This document shows, one piece after another, positions 1-8,686 of a stretch of DNA of 64,000 nt. The notes under the pieces were generated by a model. It worked only from the letters and a program-made list of their open reading frames with translations, ran no database searches and was not told the origin of the DNA. Origin of the DNA: Candidatus Poribacteria bacterium (GTDB lineage Bacteria > Poribacteria > WGA-4E > WGA-3G); NCBI GenBank assembly GCA_003635315.1, contig PYJD01000010.1, forward strand, positions 71,470 through 135,469, written 5' to 3'. Each line of letters opens with the position of its first letter. Position 1 is the stretch's first letter. The position numbers and the translations under genes are program-made.

Positions 1-620
1 AACATCGGCGTATGGGACACATCATAATCCACACGATATGCTTTGCCGGGGACAATAATTCGTATAGGAGGTTTCTGTTTCTCCATTGCACGAATTTGAA
101 CGGGGGATGTATGTGTACGAAGTAGATGTCCATCTGTTAGGTAAAAGGTATCGTGTAGGTCCCGTGCTGGATGGTCAGATGGTGTATTCAATGCATCGAA
201 ATTGTAATGTTCCGTTTCAATTTCTGGTCCAGTGACAGCTTGGAATCCCATTTGATTAAAAATGTCTTCTATCCGATCTAATGTTTGCATCACCGGATGT
301 GCTTTTCCGTATGCAGGTTTTCTCCCAGGAAGTGTGACATCAATGGCTTCCTCCATGAGTTGCTGTTCCTGCTGTTTACTCTCCAAGGCATTCTTTGTGG
401 AATCAAATGCATCGGTCAATGCAGTTCGTATTTCATTCGCAAGTTTGCCAATTATTGGTCGTTGATCCTGGGATAGATTCCCCATCCCTTTCATCACATC
501 AGTCAATTTCCCTTTACGACCAAAGAAATCAATCCTTAGCGATTCAAGTTCTTTTAGATCCTTCACCTGTCTTAATGCTTCAAGACCTTCTTCCTGAATT
601 GCTTGTAGTTCTTCTTTCAT
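1..620 (-). CDS. pheS: Phenylalanine--tRNA ligase alpha subunit (runs off the window edge)
   Basis: Manual translation from ATG 620: [19 protein letters not shown]...[43 protein letters not shown]. AGAGG RBS; lies downstream of rplT. Missing from the ORF track because it is truncated. Confidence 0.97.
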   Translation of the reverse strand, partial: [206 protein letters not shown]

Positions 621-664
621 ATTTTCCTCTAATGTCTATTAATGCACCATCTAAAATAGCTTTA

Positions 665-905
665 AACAAAAATACCCATCACTTCGCTCCATAAAGGATA
701 ATTCCTTATGGGGACGAAAGCGATAGGCATCTACTTCCGCGGTACCACCCCGCTTGGCAACTTGTAATAAATTGCCCTCTTATTTAATGTCTACGACTCC
801 AGGATGAAATTCATCAGTTGCTCTCATAACCGTGTTTCCAGCCGATGACACGGATTCTCTTTATTGAGAGGACTCAACTGCCTACTATACCCTTCATTGT
901 CAATT
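665..905 (-). promoter_or_regulatory. T-box riboswitch (Phe specifier) in the pheS leader
   Basis: On the minus strand: AGTAG, AGAGA and GCTGGAA stem-I motifs; specifier loop GAAT-TTC-A (TTC at 808-806); T-box GGTGGTACCGCG (749-738); antiterminator partner TTTCGTCCCC; terminator hairpin with a T-run. Confidence 0.92.
668..727 (-). terminator. Intrinsic terminator of the T-box leader
   Basis: CCTATCGCTTTCG...CCATAAGGA-ATTA-TCCTTTATGG...CGAAGTGATGGG followed by TATTTTT. Confidence 0.8.
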
Positions 906-938
906 ACAGTCTATTTCCTTTATTATTTTAATAGATTT

Positions 939-1286
939 TTAACCTTTAGCTAAGGTGGCGAGTTGTTCAAAACCCGCTGCATCATTAACAGCTATATCAG
1001 CGAGAACTTTTCTATCAAGTTCGATTCCTGCCGTCTTAATTCCGTGCATGAACCGACTATATGTAAGTCCATGTAACCTTGCAGCAGCATTAATCCGCAT
1101 TATCCAAAGACGTCTGAAATCGCGTTTACGCGCACGCCTATGGGCGTATGCGTGATTCCATCCTTTTTCAACTGCTTCCATAGCAGTACGGCGCAGATTG
1201 TTACGTCCACCACGATACCCTTTGGAATGCTTAAGTATACGTTTCCGTCTTTTACGACGGACATTACCAGTTTTTACTCGTGCCAT
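939..1286 (-). CDS. rplT: 50S ribosomal protein L20
   Basis: MARVK...KGYRGGR...[18 protein letters not shown]...[10 protein letters not shown]. Confidence 0.99.
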   Translation of the reverse strand: MARVKTGNVRRKRRKRILKHSKGYRGGRNNLRRTAMEAVEKGWNHAYAHRRARKRDFRRLWIMRINAAARLHGLTYSRFMHGIKTAGIELDRKVLADIAVNDAAGFEQLATLAKG

Positions 1287-1295
1287 TCTGAACTC

Positions 1296-1487
1296 CTAAT
1301 GAATTAGACGTTTCAAACGTTTCTCGTTGCTTGGATCAACAAGCGTTGCCTGTCTTAGTCGGCGTTTCCGTTTTGAGGATTTAGAGATGAAAAGATGTCC
1401 AGCATAAGCGCGATTGCGACGGATCTTTCCTTTTGCTGTATACTTAAACCGTTTTGCTGCGCCTTTATGCGTTTTAATTTTTGGCAT
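1296..1487 (-). CDS. rpmI: 50S ribosomal protein L35
   Basis: MPKIKTHKGAAKRFK; located between infC and rplT. Confidence 0.98.
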   Translation of the reverse strand: MPKIKTHKGAAKRFKYTAKGKIRRNRAYAGHLFISKSSKRKRRLRQATLVDPSNEKRLKRLIH

Positions 1488-1679
1488 GACGAATTCCTTC
1501 TGTTGACGACTTATCTAAACAATCAAGAATAAGGAGAAAATTCTATGACCCAGAGATGTAGTAAATAACCTACAAATTAAGGAGAAGCAAAAACTTCTCC
1601 ACAAAATAGTGTTACCTTCACATAGTCGTCTAAAAAAAGATTACACTATCAAATTAATTTCTAACATTATGGACAAAAA

Positions 1680-2240
1680 CTACGAGGATTTTGGCGTTAA
1701 TAACATATACATAACGCGAGTTTCCATACGGGGCGGTTGTTCCACCTCTGCGAGTTCAGAAACATCTTCTTCTAATCGAGCAAGCATATTCTTACCCAAT
1801 TCTGTGTGTAACATTTCCCTACCTCGAAAACGGACAGTAGCTCTCACCTTCCACCCATTCTTCAAAAAGTCTTCTACATGTCTCTTTTTGAATTGATAGT
1901 CATGTTCAGCGGTATCAGGGCGGAATTGTATCTCTTTGAGTACAATCTTTGTCTGTTTCTTTCGGGCTTCCCTTGCTCGTTTATTTTTCTCGTACTGATA
2001 TTTTCCATAATCCATTATCTTACAAACGGGAGGTTTGGCATTTGGAGAAACTTCCACCAAATCTAATCCGACTTCTTCAGCACGTTCCATCGCTTCGCTT
2101 GGGGTCATTACTCCGACTTGCTTATTTTCATGATCAATTAGCAAAATCTCTTTTGCACGAATCTGATAATTCGAGCGAGTTTGCCTTTCCTGCGTTTTTT
2201 GATTACGTTTGCCTCTATAATGTATTTTCGACACCCCCAT
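1680..2240 (-). CDS. infC: Translation initiation factor IF-3 (true start possibly ATA at 2225)
   Basis: LDLVEVSPNAKPPVCKIMDYGKYQY, KEIQFRP and RFRGRE motifs. Confidence 0.98.
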   Translation of the reverse strand: MGVSKIHYRGKRNQKTQERQTRSNYQIRAKEILLIDHENKQVGVMTPSEAMERAEEVGLDLVEVSPNAKPPVCKIMDYGKYQYEKNKRAREARKKQTKIVLKEIQFRPDTAEHDYQFKKRHVEDFLKNGWKVRATVRFRGREMLHTELGKNMLARLEEDVSELAEVEQPPRMETRVMYMLLTPKSS

Positions 2241-2433
2241 AAGTGGTTGGTTTAGAATTCCAGTTATGTAATATTAGAAAAACATAGGTATCTATCCTGA
2301 ACTACACAACTGACTACATCTCGCATTTAGATATATCCACTATATGATAAAATTCAATGATCATGTTAGTGTATATAATGCTACGTGAAAATATGAATAT
2401 GATATTATAATACAAAAACCTACATAATGCAAA

Positions 2434-2790
2434 CTAAAAGTATCCTATCGTCCATAGTGTTCGCAATATAATAACCCCTCCAGATAAACCACCAAGTACG
2501 ATGATAAAACAGAGTGTGATAATGAGTGTGAACTTTAAAATTCGTTCGGCTAATTCAGGCTGTTCTTTTATCCAAGCACGTGCTAATGTAAATGATAGGA
2601 CGATGGTAATTAAACTTAAGAGTGCTGTTCCTAATACAGATAATAGAATCCCTTGAAAGTCTACCATCTCCATCGTATCTGGTATAGAACCGTATTGTGA
2701 ATATCGTTGAATTACATATAGTAAAATACCTAAGAATATTACAAGAAATACGATGAAAACTGCTAATGTGGATTTAAATGCCTTACTCAT
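2434..2790 (-). CDS. Hypothetical membrane protein (about 3 TM)
   Basis: 118 aa ORF with three hydrophobic segments. Confidence 0.7.
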   Translation of the reverse strand: MSKAFKSTLAVFIVFLVIFLGILLYVIQRYSQYGSIPDTMEMVDFQGILLSVLGTALLSLITIVLSFTLARAWIKEQPELAERILKFTLIITLCFIIVLGGLSGGVIILRTLWTIGYF

Positions 2791-2964
2791 TACTTTTATG
2801 TTCTACATTTCATAAGAATACTTTCGATAAATTGTATCTGATTTAATTTTCAATCTCAACCAATATTGTAAATACAGTTAAAAAAATTAAGGTACAGTTC
2901 AAACATTGTTTCCTACATAGAAAATAACCTAAAATTCCTACTCATCTACCATGACATCTTTGAT

Positions 2965-3500
2965 GAAAAAGTTACACTTTTTGTCACATTTTGTGACATT
3001 GAAAAAACGCTGTCCGCCCTGTCACAGTCTGTGTTAATCGGTATTTTCTTAGAATTATAAAAATTCCGAATTTGTGTAATTTTGTGTTTTACATTCCTAT
3101 TCTGCGAGTATCCAATAGAGTAATTTGTAAGCTATGCTGTTTTTGTTTTTTAGAGGATCTGAATAAATTGGATATCCAGTAAATATAGTTTTATTGCTAT
3201 GTGAAAAAGTTACGAAATCGTAACTTTTTTCTGTAACCCCAATTTTAGTAGAATCGCTCTTAGGTAAGTAGCCACCTATGTTTACAGCCAATTTACGAAT
3301 TATTGTAAAAAAATAAAAAAGTTCTTTTGTGGTTTCTTTGGTTCTTGATCCACCATTTAATATGTATGGTATTATTGTCATTTCTATCACTGTGTATATA
3401 AAATCATTAATCATATTGATTTATCTAATATTGGTATTAGTATAAGTATTATAATTTTTCTCTATATGTTATTGTAACGTATATTTTCTCTTAAGTCAAC
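2965..3500 (-). other. Conserved non-coding element, copy A (homologous to 44720-45655 and partly to 14510-14600)
   Basis: 3204-3250 matches 45239-45285 at 46/47 nt in reverse complement. Further colinear blocks at about 2966-3090, 3130-3150 and 3280-3320. Headed by TTGACT-N17-TACAAT (3499-3471). Confidence 0.8.
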
Positions 3501-3618
3501 TCATTCATATATGTGATGTTTGTTCTTTCAAATTTCTTCAATTTATTTTATGAGTTATTTATAACACCTTGTGAACAGGTTGTTAATAGGTTGGAGAGAT
3601 CCCAATATTTGTTAGAAT

Positions 3619-3720
3619 TTGCTTTTTCCTGATAGATTCTGATACAATAATTAAGTTAGTAAACCTTAGAAAGAGCATTTGATCCTATGATTTTATTAGG
3701 GGGTGAGCCCCCTAATTTTT
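3619..3720 (+). ncRNA. Candidate ~65-nt sRNA (coordinates include its promoter)
   Basis: TTGCTT-N18-TACAAT with an extended -10 TG (3619-3648), then terminator ATTAGGGGG-TGAG-CCCCCTAAT-TTTT (3695-3720). No ORF in between. Confidence 0.4.
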
Positions 3721-3872
3721 ATCTATCATTCCATTTCTAATAGATAAGGCATATTTGTGTATTTGTAAGTTTATCCTCAATTTCTGAATGTTATAGGTGT
3801 ATTGAATTGCGCTGCTACGACGTGTTTTTCTCTTAATTTTTGACGATCAATTTGAAATGGTATAATCTTCTT

Positions 3873-4031
3873 ATATCATTTCTAAATAATGATAGGACAT
3901 TATTTCATAAATCGGTTGTCCGAATACAACACTCTCTTCTGTAGGAGCGACCTCCCGGTCGCGACCAGGATGTCACTCCTACAAAGAAAATCGAGAATCG
4001 GAATGATACTTTGTCAATTAGAAATGGTATT
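3873..4031. mobile_element. MITE family A (ATACCATTTCT/AGAAATGGTAT ends) with GTAG-REP cargo; a second copy at about 3728-3863
   Basis: Terminal inverted repeats; internal GTAGGAGCGACC...GGTCGC...CTCCTAC (3941-3982). Confidence 0.75.
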
Positions 4032-4034
4032 ATT

Positions 4035-4589
4035 ATGGATATGAAAACAGACACCATCCCAATTTATACGATAGGCTACGGAAGTCGTTCTATGTCCGAG
4101 TTTATTGACATTCTTCACCAATATAATATTGCATATCTAATCGATGTTCGGTCAGTGCCACATTCTGGTTATAAGAAGGAATACTCCAAAAAACCGCTGG
4201 CGAAGGAACTCGAACAACACGGCATTCGGTATGTGTATATGGGAGACTTACTCGGTGGAAAACCAGAGGATGAATCTTGTTATGTCGACGGAATTGTTGA
4301 TTACGAAAGGGTGAAGGAGACAGAATTTTTTCAGCGAGGTATTGAACGTCTTCGTGCTGCTTTTTCGCAACAGCAATGTGTCGCACTCATGTGTGCTGAG
4401 GAGAAACCGGAGCATTGCCATCGCACTAAACTCATCAGTACAACCCTCACCGATGAAAATTTACCTGTAATCCATATTGATGAAAACAGTGAGGAGATGA
4501 CCCAGGAGCAGATCATTGATCGGATTACACGTGGACAGATGAATTTATTTGGTGATGAACCATTCTACTCGCGTAAGAAACACACCTAA
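4035..4589 (+). CDS. DUF488 family protein
   Basis: IYTIGYG, LIDVRSVP, LGG and ALMCAEEKPEHCHR motifs. The track start at 4011 lies inside a MITE, so ATG 4035 or 4041 is preferred. Confidence 0.9.
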   Translation: MDMKTDTIPIYTIGYGSRSMSEFIDILHQYNIAYLIDVRSVPHSGYKKEYSKKPLAKELEQHGIRYVYMGDLLGGKPEDESCYVDGIVDYERVKETEFFQRGIERLRAAFSQQQCVALMCAEEKPEHCHRTKLISTTLTDENLPVIHIDENSEEMTQEQIIDRITRGQMNLFGDEPFYSRKKHT

Positions 4590-4593
4590 TCCT

Positions 4594-5082
4594 ATGAAGA
4601 TTAAAATCATTACTATTGGTGTATATGGGTTTGATGAGACAGGTTTTTTTGATGCATTGTGCAACGCAAATGTTGATACGTTCTGTGATATTCGCAACCG
4701 ACGTGGTGTGCGTGGTACGACCTATGCATTCGCGAATAGTAAGCGGTTACAGGCACGACTTGAAGAACTTGGCATTCGATACATCTATAGAAAAGATTTG
4801 GGACCAACAAAAAGTGTCCGAGAAAAGCAAGCTGCAGCGGATAAAGCGACTAAAACCCCCAAACGCAAACGGACTGAACTTGGTGAAGTGTTCATTGAAG
4901 CATATCGGACTGAATGCCTCAATGCTTTCGATCCGCAAAGTTTGCTTGACGAATTAGAATCGGATGCACAAGTTGTAGCATTATTTTGTGTTGAAACTAC
5001 GCCAGAGGCATGCCACCGTTCTTTGGTTGCAGAAAAATTGGCGAATACATTTGATTTGGAGGTAGAAGATATTTTACCGTGA
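4594..5082 (+). CDS. DUF488 family protein (second subtype)
   Basis: IITIGVYG, FCDIR, and ALFCVETTPEACHR motifs; stop overlaps the next start (GTGA). Confidence 0.88.
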   Translation: MKIKIITIGVYGFDETGFFDALCNANVDTFCDIRNRRGVRGTTYAFANSKRLQARLEELGIRYIYRKDLGPTKSVREKQAAADKATKTPKRKRTELGEVFIEAYRTECLNAFDPQSLLDELESDAQVVALFCVETTPEACHRSLVAEKLANTFDLEVEDILP

Positions 5083-8000
5083 GAGTATTGATTGTTGCGA
5101 AAACCCGTATGGGTAAAGGTGCATGTATTGGAGGGATAACCGAAACAGGCAAAAGTGTTCGACTTATTCCGTATAATGCTGATCCACATGACGGTGCTAA
5201 TAGAGAGTATGAAGTTGGGGATGTATGGGAGATAACTGGTGAACCAGAGACTTCATTGACGCCACCGCATAATGAGAACTTTGTTGTTGATAAAAAATCG
5301 CGTATTCGTAGGACGGGAAACACAAAAGGTTTAATAGATACCATTGAACGTATGATGCCACCGAAAAATGGCAACCCGCGAGAACTCTATGAAGGTCTAT
5401 TGAAAACTACAGAGAACGGTTCCTTATACGTCCCTCCTGGAGATGTTATTCCACCTTACAGCACCCTGTTTTGGAGAACAGACAAACAACTCACTCTCGA
5501 AACTGAGAAGAAAAACCTACGCTATCGTTATCCATCGGTAAGCGGTGGTTGTACACTCACCTTCGTCGGTCTTCAAAAACCCCTTAAAACCATTCCTGCA
5601 AACACACTATTACGCTTATCGTTGGCACATTGGTGGCGACCAAATCATTCACCCAACATAGAAGAACGATGTTATGTTCAACTTTCTGGCTGGTTTCTTG
5701 AAGAGGAAAGACAGGTGGAACCTATAACAACTCCTGACCCAAACTCGCCACCAGCCCAAACTGAGACATCATCATTAAAGGTACTCAAGAATGTTTTTGG
5801 ATTTAAACAGTTTCTTCCATTTCAGGAAGAGATTATTGACAGTATTCGCAAAGGGGAAGATACGTTGGTAGTTCTACCGACTGGTGGTGGAAAATCACTC
5901 TGTTACCAACTACCGGCTTGTATCTTTAATGGATTAACCGTTGTGGTTTCACCGCTAATTGCACTTATGCAAGATCAAGTAATACAGTTGGAACAAAAAG
6001 GAATCCGCGCTGCTTTTCTCAACCACATCCTTGAGAAAGAAGAACATGAAGAATATCTCGCTACAATGCAAAAGGTCAGAAATGGTGTAATTAAGCTGCT
6101 TTATATTTCTCCAGAAAGACTTGTACAACGACCTGAAATCCATGTAATGTTGTATGACTCAAATGTTGCATGTCTTGCGATTGACGAAGCCCACTGTATT
6201 TCGCAGTGGGGTCACGATTTCCGGCCGAATTATCGTGAGTTGGACTGGGTTCGTGAGCAATTTCCAAACGCCGTTTGTATTGCCACAACTGCCACAGCGA
6301 CTCCACGAGTCCAAGAGGATATTAAACAATCGCTTAACATCCCAGCAGAAAATCAATTCATTGATAGTTTTAATCGTGAAAATCTCTTTATCTCTATTGA
6401 ACCCCGATTTGAGATACTTGGACAGACATTGGCATATCTGAAAAAACACCCTAATGAATCAGGTATCATCTATTGTCAAAGAAGAAAACATGTAGACTGG
6501 TTGTGTGAGCAGTTAAACACCCACGGAATTTCCGCACTACCCTATCATGCAGGACTGAATCCACAAGAGCGTACACAGAATCAAGATGTTTTTATCAACG
6601 GTAATATCGACGTGATTGTGGCTACAATTGCCTTCGGAATGGGTATTGATAAACCAGATGTTCGGTTTGTCTTACATGCGTGGTTACCGAGTGATTTGGA
6701 GTCTTATTACCAGGAAATTGGTCGTTCTGGACGTGATAGTGAACGTGCAGAGTGTCTCCTGTTGTTCAATCCAGATGATGAAGATACGATTAACGAATTC
6801 ATTGATGATGGACATCCATCGCAACGTGAAGGACGGATCGAGAATTTGCAAAAACTTATTGCCTGGGTAAATTCAAAAGAATGCCGCCGTAAAGCACTAC
6901 TAAACTATTTTGGGGAACAATACGAAAACGAAGATTGCGGTATGTGTGATAACTGTTGTAGCGCGAAAATGGAAAAGACAGATTTAACAACGCCTGCACA
7001 GAAGTTTCTATCCTGCCTTCATAGGGTTAATGAAAGTGAGACTAATGATGTTTTCGACAAAGCATATTTTTTTGGTACTTTACAAGATAAAAATACGAGT
7101 ATCCCCGTTTGCCTACCATCAGGTATTTTATATATCATTGACATTTTACGTGGTGAGAAGCAAGAGGAAATTATCGAAAATAAGCATCACAAACTTAGCA
7201 CATGGGGAAAAGGCATGGAATATAGCAAAGCCCAATGGTGCTACCTTGCTCTGCAATTCTTTCAAAACAATCTGTATAGACGGGATGAGGAAGATGGGAG
7301 TCTTCAATTGACAGATAAGGGTTGGAAAGTCAACACAATAAGAATTACCGCTGATGATAGGTTTTGGGGTTTTCCGGTAGATTTGGTGACTTCTGTGTCG
7401 GAAAATAGTATAACTGTAGAATTGAATACCTATGAGACCGATTCCGACGAACAGTACGATTATGATCCCGTACTTTTTGATAGACTTCGTCAAAAACGTA
7501 GCAGTATAGCAGAGGAGGATAGAACAAGAGCATCAAATATATTGCCGCGTGATTCATTGAAAGAGATGGCAACCCTACTACCACAATCCTTGGATGAATT
7601 TGGACAGATTAAAGGTATTGGAAAAGTACGAATGAAATATGCTGATGATTTTTTACCGATTATACGTGCATATTGCGAAGAACATGGAGTTGATTCAACA
7701 GATCGTGAAACTGATGAACTGAATACTACCGAATCAGATCAGGAACCAAAAGGAATTTCAGTTGAAAACGAAACTGATATTTCAAACAATTCAGAATCAG
7801 CATCTCAAAAACTGAACACGCAGACTCTGGAAATATTAGAGCGACTACGCGATAAACGCAAAACTGTGGTAGATAAAGAAAAGGTAAGGGCATTCCGTAT
7901 TTTTTCAGACAAGGTCCTGAAAGAAATGGCAATTCATCTCCCACGAACCAAAGAAGCACTTTTGCAGATTCATGGGATTGGACCAGTAAAAGCTGAAAAA

Positions 8001-8360
8001 TACGCCGATGACTTTTTGCCAATTATTCGAGCATATTGTGAGGAACACGGAATTGATACAGTTGATGATGTGCATGAACCATTGAATACTCATGATACTA
8101 TAACCGATAAACAAAGTATATTTTCCCAAGAGCTTTTTGAACTACTTCGAGAAATGCGGAAAACAATTGCTGACGAAGACGGAGTTCCGACGTTTGTCAT
8201 ATTCTGGGATAGGACGTTGAAAGAAATGGCAACCTATTTTCCAAAAACTAAAGAAGAATTTATACAGATTGAACGTGTTAATTCCCATAAAACTGAAAAA
8301 TATGCCCATATCTTTTTGCCCATTATCCGCGAGTATTGCCAAGAACATGGTATTGATTAA
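5079..8360 (+). CDS. recQ: Dual-OB-domain / RecQ helicase fusion with RQC and three HRDC domains
   Basis: N-terminal ~210 aa (IVAKTRM..GACIGG...RLIP...LLRLSLAHWW...CYVQLSGW). Then LPTGGGKS, DEAHCISQWGHDFRP, QEIGRSGRD, CRR...CGMCDNC and three HRDC repeats each ending IIRxYCxEHG. Confidence 0.9.
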   Translation: MRVLIVAKTRMGKGACIGGITETGKSVRLIPYNADPHDGANREYEVGDVWEITGEPETSLTPPHNENFVVDKKSRIRRTGNTKGLIDTIERMMPPKNGNPRELYEGLLKTTENGSLYVPPGDVIPPYSTLFWRTDKQLTLETEKKNLRYRYPSVSGGCTLTFVGLQKPLKTIPANTLLRLSLAHWWRPNHSPNIEERCYVQLSGWFLEEERQVEPITTPDPNSPPAQTETSSLKVLKNVFGFKQFLPFQEEIIDSIRKGEDTLVVLPTGGGKSLCYQLPACIFNGLTVVVSPLIALMQDQVIQLEQKGIRAAFLNHILEKEEHEEYLATMQKVRNGVIKLLYISPERLVQRPEIHVMLYDSNVACLAIDEAHCISQWGHDFRPNYRELDWVREQFPNAVCIATTATATPRVQEDIKQSLNIPAENQFIDSFNRENLFISIEPRFEILGQTLAYLKKHPNESGIIYCQRRKHVDWLCEQLNTHGISALPYHAGLNPQERTQNQDVFINGNIDVIVATIAFGMGIDKPDVRFVLHAWLPSDLESYYQEIGRSGRDSERAECLLLFNPDDEDTINEFIDDGHPSQREGRIENLQKLIAWVNSKECRRKALLNYFGEQYENEDCGMCDNCCSAKMEKTDLTTPAQKFLSCLHRVNESETNDVFDKAYFFGTLQDKNTSIPVCLPSGILYIIDILRGEKQEEIIENKHHKLSTWGKGMEYSKAQWCYLALQFFQNNLYRRDEEDGSLQLTDKGWKVNTIRITADDRFWGFPVDLVTSVSENSITVELNTYETDSDEQYDYDPVLFDRLRQKRSSIAEEDRTRASNILPRDSLKEMATLLPQSLDEFGQIKGIGKVRMKYADDFLPIIRAYCEEHGVDSTDRETDELNTTESDQEPKGISVENETDISNNSESASQKLNTQTLEILERLRDKRKTVVDKEKVRAFRIFSDKVLKEMAIHLPRTKEALLQIHGIGPVKAEKYADDFLPIIRAYCEEHGIDTVDDVHEPLNTHDTITDKQSIFSQELFELLREMRKTIADEDGVPTFVIFWDRTLKEMATYFPKTKEEFIQIERVNSHKTEKYAHIFLPIIREYCQEHGID

Positions 8361-8526
8361 TACACCTATTTTACTCTGAACCATAAGTATTTGGACACCT
8401 GGGATACTTCAGAAATATCGCATTGCCTACCTGATAGATATTTCCTAAATTCCGCATGAGAACAAACTGGAATGCCACGATATTCACTTTGTGAACTATA
8501 TACCACTGCAAAACTACTAATTGCTA

Positions 8527-8555
8527 TTGACTGTAGTGTTGGATTATTTTATAAT
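8527..8555 (+). promoter_or_regulatory. sigma70-type promoter for the 8687-10408 module
   Basis: TTGACT-N17-TATAAT. Confidence 0.65.
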
Positions 8556-8686
8556 ATTCACAATATAGCAATTAGCTAATTCACTAAAAGTTTATTAACG
8601 GAAATCCCTCATTATATTGAATGTTAGTCTTCAGACAAAGATTATCGGAACGCTTGTAAACTACTTACCTGCAACATTGAAAGGCA

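Noticed and set aside
262-694. Plus-strand ORFs 262..465, 285..476, 395..694 and the many other short antisense ORFs in the track
   Set aside because: They are shadows of well-supported genes on the opposite strand (here pheS) or in another frame.
3097-3414. 105-aa ORF (and similar ORFs 14644..14961 and 45307..45681) as real genes
   Set aside because: No RBS or recognisable motifs; the homologous frame in copy C has stop codons, so conservation is at the DNA/RNA level.
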